A DNA stretch of 57,816 nucleotides, filler included, from Circinaria calcarea (Eukaryota), in NCBI GenBank assembly GCA_051942165.1. It is 8 parts of 8 records of this genome, joined end to end, with 100 filler letters (N's around TTAATTAATTAA, not from the genome) between each part and the next. Parts side by side here need not be neighbours in the genome. Positions count along the whole stretch, not along the records: positions 36,224 to 43,358 come from JAVECS010001401.1; positions 43,459 to 50,592 come from JAVECS010001402.1; 6 more parts are not named here. One strand, 5' to 3'. The notes under the pieces were generated by a model. It was not told the origin of the DNA. It worked only from the letters and a program-made list of their open reading frames with translations, and did no database searches. Positions 36,847 to 46,264 of the stretch are shown one piece after another. Each line of letters begins with the position of its first letter. Position 1 is the stretch's first letter. The translations under genes were made by a program, and so were the position numbers.

Positions 36847-39512
36847 ATGGCTTATAATACCCGTTCTAAACGTTCTTTCGAACAATCTATAAGAGCGGAT
36901 TCTTCAAATACGCCCGCGTCGAGGCCTCAGAAGCGCTGCCGTTCTGGTTCAGCTCCTTTATCTCCGACTTTCACCCCTTATCAACCTGCCTCCACCCCTT
37001 CCCAGCGACCTCAATATAGACCCTACATGTCCTCCAGGCAAAAGGCAGACGATATACTGAAGTATATGCATAACCAGCATAGATGGACGGTGAGGGATTT
37101 GATCAGAAGCCTTGCGTGCGACTCCCCCGAAGAATCGAAAAGTTATGTTGGGTATAGCAAGGAAGACAGAACGGAAAGAGTTATTGAAGCAATATGGGGC
37201 CATACAGAAGTTCTGAATGAGTTTGAAAAGCACACTACTTTTCCTGGGCTGAGCACGTACAGCAGAGAATTGGAGGCGTTGGAAAATACCATTTTATTTA
37301 ATAAATGGAGAAATACAAGTGATATCGATCAATTGGATTTCTCTTATGCATTTAAAGATCTTGAACGCCTTGCTCCTATGCTTCTGCAGTTACTGAAAGC
37401 TCTTGTTGCTCCTGCCCGTGAGCGGAGAGACCGGCCAACTCGCCAGCTTGAATCTATAGAAGGTCGATTTGTTCTTATATTTTCAATTCTTTGCTTTACC
37501 CGTCGTCGAAATACCTGCGATAACATCCCAAAGTTACTTGGTTTATACCTTCAGTCAATGGGTGTTAAAAGACGGGTCCTGCAGGTTTTGGCTGGCTTAG
37601 GTATCTGCGAGAGCTATCATACCATCAATCATTTGAACGATAATATCGCCGCTGAAGCTACCACTCGTTTGGCTGATGCAGGCACTCGTTCCGATACAGT
37701 CATTGTATACGACAACTTCGATTACGAGGAGCGTGTTCAACATCAACGAACCGGTGACCATGGGGGTATGAGAAGCGTCACGAGTGGGTTGCTTCTGCAT
37801 GGAACCCTACCTCCGGAAGGGCTACGGCAAGATATGCTACGTGAGGAGGTCCCGTTGAAGCTGAAGGATATCATCAATGCGCCGGGCAATCAGTATGATG
37901 ATATTCAGAAGAAGGTAAGCTGAAAATGTGGATCTTCTGTATGGATCTCATACAGAACTTCTGTATGGCATATGCTAATAAGAATTAGTAGATTTCAGTT
38001 TATTTCATCGCTCAAGCGCTTCAAAAGCAGCACCCAAAGGCTATCAAGCGGTTGTTCGTAGATGCCGAATACCCTGCAATGCCTTGCCTCGATGTGCTGG
38101 ACGCCCGCCAAACCCATCAGTTCTCCCTCGGTCCTATACTGAGTAACGAGGGGACTATTCAGGGGACCTATGAGGTGCTTGCAACGATCTTCAAAGACCA
38201 GCTGCATTGCAGGACTGAGGACTTTGAGAACAGGCTGTGGCTAGTGTATGGAGATCAGAAAACGGCATCTAATATCCGGAGTGTGATCAATCAACGAAGG
38301 GAGGCATCATATGGGTTTGAGCGTCACAATTGGGTATTGCCTCTTTCGGCATTCTTCCACCTTCGCCAAACATACCTATGGATGATGCAGGCGGCTCATT
38401 TTGGCGGTGAGAATCAGAACTCGCCATCGACGTTATATCATAACATGAACTTCTGGAATCGGCATCATATTCCTGCAGTCAAGGGGCCATTCCATCACGT
38501 TGAGGAGCTCGTTATGCATAGCTTTGAGGCCCGCATTGTGGCATTTTTCTACACTGTCATACAGAAGGCTAATGTCGGTATCGACTCTGCGGAAATTATT
38601 GAAGAATACCTTAACACGGTGACTACCGAACGGTATTTGGAGATAGTGGAAGATGTGTATTGTATAGCGTTTAGTAAAGAAGTGCAGCAACCGGCTATCC
38701 AAAAGAATCATGAACAAGAAGATGAAGAATTTTCAAATCATATTCGATACCTTCAGCACGCCGAGACCTATGCTATTCTGAAATACGCTACGAAGCATGG
38801 CGATATTGGCCTTATCGGGCGAGCAATCGATCGTTGTTGTGTATACTTTCATGGATCTAATCAAACCAAATACGCCCATGAAATGCTTCTATACAAACGA
38901 CTTCTTGCTACTGATGCGGCTACTCCGGAGCTGAAACGAGCTATTCTAGCCAATGGTCTTGTCAATACACGAGGCAAAAAGGATAGCTTCGTGGCGATCG
39001 ATTTGATCAACGAACAGCTAAATCTTACGTTGAAACAAATTCTTTGGGCACGTCGAACATCCACCTATGGTATAGATAAGCTATTCAGTCGTACCGCCTT
39101 AACGTCTAGCTACTGCGGCTCCTTGAAAGAATGCCTGGAGGCGGAATTCGGTGAACATACCAATGCAGAACATACAACCAAGGCATCGAGCATTGACGTA
39201 CGGAATCTTGCCTACGAAATGGCTAAAGGTTCAATCAAACGCCAGCTCAGTGGTAGAACCGTCACGTTCAAAGCCCCGCATCTCGTGGTGCTTGGAAGCC
39301 ATCGGCTTGTAACCAAATCGTTGGCAGAGTTCAATCAAAGAGTTGTATATATGGCCGATCAATTGGCGCCTACTCTGAGTGATGATATTGAGGACGATGG
39401 GGCAGGGGAGTTACCAGATGGTAGCTTTCCTTTAGATCTACAGGTAAGTTAATCCATATATTCTACGTTATATGCTATATCCTAACAAACGAGTTAGCCA
39501 GAGGAAGAATAA
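36847..39512 (+). CDS. Academ-type (DUF6589-like) DDE transposase, about 844 aa, 3 exons
   Basis: Exons 36847-37914, 37992-39443 and 39498-39512 (GTAAG donors, CTAA branch sites, TAG acceptors, frames consistent). Candidate catalytic motifs IVYDNFD, LVYGDQKT, AFFHLR and DLINEQLN. Confidence 0.8.
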
Positions 39513-39563
39513 TGCGGGTTATTACAGAACTTCTGTATGCGAACCTCTTTTATATACATGTTA

Positions 39564-41657
39564 TTATTGCATCTGATTGCTATTGCCTATACCTCTGCTA
39601 TTACCATTCTCACCCAACGGCAGTCGCTTTCTACCAGCTCCTTTGCCTTTCGTATTGGCTTTGCCGCCGTTCTTTGCCTCCTCTTTCTTCCTATCATCAA
39701 CGGCCTCGCTGAAAGCTTTTTTGGACGCCTGGAAAAGCTTCTCGTAGCACTGCTCACGCCACTCCCATTGCCCTACTCCTGTGAGCTCTTTGACATCGTC
39801 GATTTTGCTTGTTATAGCACTGCTGGCGACCTGATCTAGAATATCATCTGGCACCAATGCCTCAGGTATGCAATTGCCAAATATGGTGTTTTGGAATTCC
39901 ATCGCTGCAATTTCCTCGCGCCATTCTCTCAACTTCTTTTGTATGGGCTCTGTAAGTTCGCTCGTTTTATATACACGTTTTTTCTTGCTCGGCTTAGCTA
40001 GAAGCTCCGATGGGCAAGAAAGCAAATGCATAGACTGGCAGCGATTACAGCAGATAACTGGGGTACCTCGCTCTGGGCCTTCATTCAGATAATCCAGAAT
40101 AATCTTTCGAATACAGCCCGTACTGTTGAACAGATCATACAGAACTTCTGATAAGGCTTTCCGCTTTTCAGCTTCTGTTTTGGTTATTTTCTTGGCTTTG
40201 GCTTTGGCTTCTGTACCCTGTGAAGCAGCAGTATCACCGTCAGGGGTACCAGCACGAGAGATTGACTGGTCAGTAGCCTCGCTATCTGATAGAACCAATT
40301 GCTGTGATAGCTGACTAGGTCGTATAGATTGACTAGACTGACTAGAAAGCTTTGATCTCCTGGGCTTTTTGGGCTGAATCTCTTGTGAACCCCATAGCCA
40401 TTGTTCCGCCAGTAGTATGGCTTCACCAGTCCTATCAGAACTTCTGGCAGCACGTCCAAATCGTTGCCATAAAATTTCGATAGCTTCCTCTCGCTCTCCA
40501 GGCAACCGCCATACGACAACCCTATCGATATCGGATAGATCAACACCCATCCCTAAGCTATCGGTGGCAAATGCGATTCGATAAGCCGATTGCTCGCCAG
40601 GCTTTTTAAACTCTTGCATAAACGCTATCTTATCGACATCGGCTATAGTGGAATGGTAGGCTGCAGTGGCTGCTCTGATCGTCGTATTGGTATAACCCCG
40701 CCTGCTTAGCCATTGCCTGACTGCAGCTAACGCATTAGACATTATAACTTTGGACTCGAAATATATAATAGTCTTTGGAATACTGCATAATGGCCGAAGG
40801 CCCGCAGGGGTTACTTCAATAACAGCGTCTATAACGAAATATAGATCTGTGAAAGTCTTGGTCTCACCCGGCGTGATAGGCTTAATCAAAATGGAAATTT
40901 CAGGACGATCAACAGAAGTTCTGATAAGCTTAACGTCTTTTTGGAAGCCCACGCTCTCTTTCACTACCCGCAAAGTCTCTGCAGGCAGGGTCGCTGATGT
41001 CCCAAACCAAGGCACCCCGGCACCAAGGAATCGACGCAAAGAGGCCAGCTGTCCGTACGGCTTCCGGAAATCACGGCCCCATTGTTTCACACAATGAAGT
41101 TCATCTACAACGACCAGGCCTACCCGAGACTTGAAGCCAGGGTCTTTGGCAATGCTACTGAATTGGACGTTGACGGCAAGCTCCGGGCTTAACAGAATGT
41201 GAGTAAATTCGCATTTTCGAATCTGTTCGAGGATCTTCTGACTGATATGGTCTTTATCTAGCAAACATGGCTTGCAGTTAGGCAGCTGCTGCATCTTAGC
41301 ATGCTGTTCTTGACCCAATGCCGTCAACGGAATGATCATAATGGTGATACTGTTCCTGCGAAGGGCGGATACGGCCTGTGGAATCATGCTTTTGCCGAAG
41401 GACGTTTTGGCTATCAGAATAAGATCCTTTCGGTTATATATCAACGTTCTGATAGCCTCAATCTGTTCCGGCTTGCCCTTATAGGGGTATATCCTCTCAA
41501 TGCCTTCTGCGACACGTTCTGTCTGTTTTTCGACCCCATTGTTCTTTGCTGCATCCAGTGTATTCAAGAACGCTTGCCATTCATTAATAGGCGGTTCAAC
41601 CCTTTCCTCTCCTGCGCGTTGACTCCACCGTTTGCGCCACTTCCTATCGAAAGCCAT
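39564..41657 (-). CDS. RecQ-type superfamily 2 DNA helicase (transposon-encoded)
   Basis: Motif I AKTSFGKS, II VVDELHCV followed by the RecQ aromatic loop WGRDFRKPY, III SAT, V ATDSLGMGVD, VI QRFGRAAR, zinc module CIR...CCNRC and HRDC-like LREWREE. First in-frame ATG is at 41657; the frame stays open to 41879, so the true start is uncertain. Confidence 0.9.
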   Translation of the reverse strand: MAFDRKWRKRWSQRAGEERVEPPINEWQAFLNTLDAAKNNGVEKQTERVAEGIERIYPYKGKPEQIEAIRTLIYNRKDLILIAKTSFGKSMIPQAVSALRRNSITIMIIPLTALGQEQHAKMQQLPNCKPCLLDKDHISQKILEQIRKCEFTHILLSPELAVNVQFSSIAKDPGFKSRVGLVVVDELHCVKQWGRDFRKPYGQLASLRRFLGAGVPWFGTSATLPAETLRVVKESVGFQKDVKLIRTSVDRPEISILIKPITPGETKTFTDLYFVIDAVIEVTPAGLRPLCSIPKTIIYFESKVIMSNALAAVRQWLSRRGYTNTTIRAATAAYHSTIADVDKIAFMQEFKKPGEQSAYRIAFATDSLGMGVDLSDIDRVVVWRLPGEREEAIEILWQRFGRAARSSDRTGEAILLAEQWLWGSQEIQPKKPRRSKLSSQSSQSIRPSQLSQQLVLSDSEATDQSISRAGTPDGDTAASQGTEAKAKAKKITKTEAEKRKALSEVLYDLFNSTGCIRKIILDYLNEGPERGTPVICCNRCQSMHLLSCPSELLAKPSKKKRVYKTSELTEPIQKKLREWREEIAAMEFQNTIFGNCIPEALVPDDILDQVASSAITSKIDDVKELTGVGQWEWREQCYEKLFQASKKAFSEAVDDRKKEEAKNGGKANTKGKGAGRKRLPLGENGNSRGIGNSNQMQ

Positions 41658-41679
41658 AGAGAAAAGAGGGTCGGCGATT

Positions 41680-41746
41680 TTCTGTATGGGGGATCTTCTG
41701 TATGGAAGTGCAGAAGTTCTGTATGGGAAACCGAAGTTCTGTATGG
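41680..41746 (+). repeat. Four tandem TTCTGTATGG motifs just upstream of the helicase ATG
   Basis: Copies at 41680, 41696, 41717 and 41737 (spacing 16, 21, 20 bp). Confidence 0.9.
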
Positions 41747-42067
41747 AGAACAAAGGGTCTGGTAATTGTTCTGAGGGGTTCAATAGCGATTTACCGCAAG
41801 TATAGTCGTGCAATGGGTAGTTGGAGGGGTTTACACTAAACCGTGATCTTTGGTTATTAGCGTTTTGTTCAACAACCACTGGGTGGAATTAATTACTTAA
41901 AGGGTTATATTACAGAGCAGAGTATTTAGAAGAGAATATAAGAGCGGATTTAATTAATTATGCGTGGTGGTTACGTGGTTGATAAAAATCATAATTTGGG
42001 AGCGCGGGGATGTCGCGTGGTTTTGTATGTAAATTGCTAACAAATGTCGCGAGGTCCCATATATTCC

Positions 42068-42162
42068 GTGGACAAAACTCTCAGACTTCTTTCAAAAAAG
42101 GTTTACATAATATCGGATCGGAATAACCATTTTACGCGGAGCTAGTACGAAAGAAGTCTGAG
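42068..42162. repeat. Right terminal inverted repeat / fold-back hairpin
   Basis: GTGGACAAA at 42068-42076. CTCAGACTTCTTTC (42080-42093) is perfectly complementary to GAAAGAAGTCTGAG (42149-42162). Confidence 0.85.
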
Positions 42163-42346
42163 GCCCCCGGAGCTTGCGGAGGTGGCACTGAGGCAATCGT
42201 CGTCATTCGTAGACAGCATGACTAAGCTCTTTCTTCTCGCAACTGCCCCTCCTCAACCCCACATCCTATTACTTCCTACATCTCTTTTACACGTGTGAAT
42301 AACTCCTTCTCGGTATATAATTGCTTCATTGTACATCGCCTCAGCT

Positions 42347-42780
42347 ATGCCTGCGTCGTCCGAATTCGAAAATGCTGCGGCTGCGGTTAAAAAGTTTTCG
42401 AAGGATCCTCCCAACGAAGTCAAACTTGAGGTGATTACTTGTTTGCCTGAATTAGAGCTGTAATGCACGAAGGATACACTGACAGAGTGACTCCTAGATC
42501 TATGGTTTATATAAGCAAGGATCACAGAACCCGCCCTTCGATAAGGCACCGGCACCGTCAACTTTCGATTTCACGGTCCGCTCCCTCTACTCTGTTCATT
42601 CCATCTCCTTCATCAAACTCGTCCGACCATGCATTTGTTAAAAGGGTTCTACTAACCTCTTCTCAGGGAAAAGCCAAATATAACGCCTGGAAGAAGGTAA
42701 ACGACGCTAAGGTTACACCCGCCGAAGCACAGAAAAAATACGTCGAACTGTACAAGAAAATCAAGAGCGACTACGAATGA
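42347..42780 (+). CDS. Acyl-CoA-binding protein (ACBP), 3 exons
   Basis: Spliced MPASSEFENAAAAVKKFSKDPPNEVKLE / IYGLYKQGSQNPPFDKAPAPSTFDFT / GKAKYNAWKKV...AEAQKKYVELY, with ACBP signatures YGLYKQ and KAKxxAW. Confidence 0.9.
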
Positions 42781-43358
42781 ATCCGGCACAATTACGGAAC
42801 AGAACGAGCTCATTGCTACTGGTGTTAAGATGCCTCGTGTAGCGTAAAGCTGGCGGGGAAGTAGAAGAAGAGATCATACATATGGACATGGGCAAGGCAG
42901 AGACGTGGCTTTCGTCTCAAGTCAATCATCGTCAGTATAGGCACATCTGCAATTGCACGTTGATTCAAGTACAACTTCTCGATTAGGCGCGTGAGTCATC
43001 TCCATCTGCCAGGAATCACCCACGTTTTCATCCACAAGGGTACAGTTTAAGACCTCCTTTGACTCTAATGCCTGCTGTCCTGCTTTCCATTTTATGTAGC
43101 CTAATAGTGATTTGTATTTGCAACCCTCATATCAACGTATATCTTCACGTACGAATCAAGCCTCACATTGCTCGTAAAAGTATTTGGAACTGTCATAGCG
43201 TTTTCTCCAATGGATATGCTAAAGCTAGGCTAGCAAAACAGTAGCTACGATGGTGGTTTCTCAGTGCATCCCAAACCCAGGCCAAACCCTTCCCATCCAA
43301 TCCGGCTCCGAGTCCGGCGCAGTAGCACACCAAGGCATCTCATCATCCCTATACGGAA

Positions 43359-43458
43359 NNNNNNNNNNNNNNNNNNNNNNNNNNNNNNNNNNNNNNNNNN
43401 NNTTAATTAATTAANNNNNNNNNNNNNNNNNNNNNNNNNNNNNNNNNNNNNNNNNNNN
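43359..43458. other. Artificial contig spacer
   Basis: N44-TTAATTAATTAA-N44. Confidence 0.99.
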
Positions 43459-43812
43459 CGGATGAAATCTTCCGTTTTCTCGATGCTATGGAGAGAGAGG
43501 GGGGGAAAAGGAGAGAAGTGTTCCTGTGCAAATTTTTTTTGCAGCGGTAACGTCTCTTTCCTTTCCGGCCCTGAAAAATCCCCTAATCTTCGTCAAAGCT
43601 CCTCTGAAGGGGAGGGCCCGGTGGGTGCAATCGTAATCGTACCCCCGTTGCCAAGGTCATATTTTCCTGTACGGCTTATATATGATGATTGGATATGAGA
43701 GGGGATCGTTTGAAGTTTGCCTGCCGCTTGAGTTTTGGCAGTTTTCTTGCCCAGTTTGATTCTTCATATTATAACCAAGAGAAAAGATGGTAAAAGGAGA
43801 AAAGACAGGGCG

Positions 43813-44232
43813 TTCACATTGAACCCTAATCTCATCTAACTAGGGAGCAAGGAAGGCCGGTGATGGTATATATTCTAACAGGCCAATAGCATTTTGATCC
43901 GGTAAAGAACTTTACAGAAAAGGAAAAAAGTCCAACCTCCTTTTGACGCTAGCTATATCGACATAGGAAGGTTTTCACGCTGAGCGAGCCCTAATTTCGT
44001 TTATTTCGAAGCGAGGAGGCCAGTGATTGCGGATGGCTTAACGAACCAATGTGGTCTGACCTGGTGAGAGGAAACCAGCCTCCTTTTAATGCAATGTCTG
44101 ACATAGGACAAAGATTCACACTGGGCCCTAATTTCGTCGAAGCGATGAGGCCGGTGATTGCACATGGCTTAACGAACCAGTAGGATCTGATCCGATGGGA
44201 GAATACCAACCTCCTTTTGACGCTATGTCAAC
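43813..44232. repeat. Three diverged tandem copies of a ~140-165 bp unit
   Basis: Anchors CCCTAAT at 43824, 43989 and 44126; AGGCC(G/A)GTGAT in all three. CCAACCTCCTTTTGACGCTA is identical at 43932 and 44206, with a variant at 44075. ATGGCTTAACGAACCA is shared by copies 2 and 3. Confidence 0.85.
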
Positions 44233-44450
44233 ACAGCTGCCGAAAATGCCCCGTCGTTTAGCCCCGATAAAAAGAGACCTAAACGCCGTGAAACTCTGCA
44301 GCTGTTCACAGTTGTCACACTCATGGTGTATCCGTAAAATACGCCTTCATCTGCAGAGTATGTAGTCCTTGGTATATCACAGGACTTAGAAACATACTCA
44401 CATCATCCCTTAGCTCACCAATAGCACCCGTTTCTGCAAAAGCGCTCAAG

Positions 44451-45677
44451 ATGCCGCCCAAACGCGTCCGCCAAGCCTCCGTGTCCAACCCACACCCGGC
44501 CAAGAAGATCAAAGCAGCTCCCAACACCGGCAGATTCGTGTGTCCGATCTGTAACCGTGGCTTCAGTCGCCGCACCACGGTGCGTGATACGCATTTCCCA
44601 TCGTGCGTGCGTAAGAATGGGAATCCGGCAGGCGTGAAGTGGGATCAGCACGAAAGCTGTAAAGGGAGAGCTAGGGAAGATGCGTGGCCGAGTGGGAGGG
44701 GGAGGCTACTGGTTGGTGGAGAAGAAAGTGAGGAGGAGCAAAAGGGAATGAATGAGGTAAGTTGAGCATGAGAGCTTGTCTGGTTGGGAAGGGAGAAGGA
44801 GACCTAACGGGAAGGGGTGTAGGCACAATTTGAAGACCGATACAAAGAGATGCAACTAGATGGTGAAGGAGATGGTGAAGCTGAGAACGCAGGTGAAGTG
44901 GCAGATGAATCTCTCCCGGAAATGATGGAGGGCGTCGCTGCGAGTGAGGCGAGCACTGATGTCGAGGATAACATCGTCATGAACATGCCTTCAACGTCCG
45001 ATACACGTGTTGCATCGTCGGATGCCCGTCGTAAATCCAGTCCGGCGCCGGAAATGAAACGTGGACCTCGCGAGACACTGTACGAGCCTCCAAGGGCGAG
45101 AACCACTGATAACTCTGTTCCAAATCGGGTGAGACTTTGAGCTGATCCTTCGATTCGTTCACCTTCTTTGCTGACGGAGTGGGTGTTCAGCGTGGCGTAC
45201 CCCCTTCTCAAGAGCCTCGCTTTATGATGAGCAGCGAATCCATCATCCAGATTGCCAATGTCGCGTTTATAACATGCTGGGAGGAGGCTGGAATCAGTGA
45301 CGTGAAGGCGATGGAAATGTACGATCTGTGGTATCGTGAGGTATGCTTTTCGTTGGTTGAATGACATTAAAAAGTACAGAAACACTGACAATCTTCTCCA
45401 GCTGCCTCCAGGACACACCACTCGCATCGCCCGCCCAGAACCTGGCTGCGACATCAAAAGCAGACAACAAGCAGTGGTATGGATTGCACAGGACGTGTAC
45501 TCGGCATTAACCTCGGATGTGCAGATCTGTATGCAACAGCTCCATATTGTCAGCTTGTACCGCAATGTTACGTTGAGCCTGGGTAACATGGATGGAGTGC
45601 GAGGTATACATGAGCTTGTGAAAGGACAGTTGGGACCAAACGGAACGATGCTGCTATCGTTCCCGGCTGATGGATGA
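44451..45677 (+). CDS. Hypothetical nuclear protein with an N-terminal C2HC-type zinc finger (4 exons)
   Basis: MPPKRVR...KKIK (NLS-like) and FVCPICNRGFSRRTTVRDTHFPSC. Canonical introns at about 44757-44822, 45129-45190 and 45341-45401 stitch four ORF-track fragments into one frame. Confidence 0.65.
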
Positions 45678-46264
45678 CTTGCCCAACAAGCATCACCACA
45701 GAAGACCACTAAGTCTTTGGCTTCACAGAGTTTCAGATATCTTCGGAACCGCCACACAAATGGTGGAAGTTGGGCAACAATGGGTCCGACAGACAGGGGT
45801 ACGGCAATGTTACTGTCGCCCGGAATTTTGCATCTTTCTCTGATAGTACTGTGGAGATGAGGTCACAGAGAAGAAGTTTAGCTGTAATGCGCTTACATTA
45901 ATGAAGCCTTCCTGTTAGCAAGGCCAAATGCTACTTTGTTCAACTCTTTGTGTCCTTGATCATATGTCCCCTTCAGATATGCCTTCGTTGGCATCCTCAT
46001 AAGAAGACATGTGTATCGAGAATGATAGTTGAACGAAACGGATTACTTTTCCTGAACGGAGTAGAGATGTTTCCTTACAGAGTAGTAGGTCGTCCGAGCT
46101 TTTTTATCCACCAGGGGCCACTAGGTATTTTGCACGCAAAAGTTCTACCATTACGCATAACCTTACCATTATTACTGTCAATCAAATCTACCTCCACAGC
46201 GTCAGAGCCCAAACTTAGACACTCCGTATGACTAGCGCCACCACTGCCTACCCTCTCTCACACC

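Larger units (their letters stand above)
36656..42162. mobile_element. AcademH-like helicase-encoding DNA transposon (~5.5 kb) with hairpin termini
   Basis: Convergent transposase and RecQ-helicase genes. Ends are CTCAGACT...AGTCTGAG with about 100 bp of imperfect inverted similarity (shared CTCAGACT, CCGCGTA, AGTCTGAG, TTTGTCCAC). AT-rich subterminal DNA, an internal repeated motif, and an abrupt junction with a host gene. Confidence 0.85.

Noticed and set aside
39564..41657. Host SGS1/BLM orthologue or telomere-linked helicase
   Set aside because: It lacks the long N-terminus of Sgs1, there are no telomeric repeats nearby, and it is enclosed with a transposase between matching termini.
41680..41746. 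CRISPR-like array reading of the TTCTGTATGG repeats
   Set aside because: Repeats are 10 bp with 6-11 bp gaps, there are no cas genes, and the context is eukaryotic.
36656..42162. Helitron or Starship assignment
   Set aside because: No HUH Rep/PIF1 (SF1) motifs or TC...CTRR ends, and no tyrosine-recombinase captain. The helicase is SF2 RecQ-type and the partner has DDE-like motifs.
44804..45757. 317-aa minus-strand ORF
   Set aside because: It is antisense to a plus-strand gene model with canonical introns and has no recognisable domain; most likely a shadow ORF.
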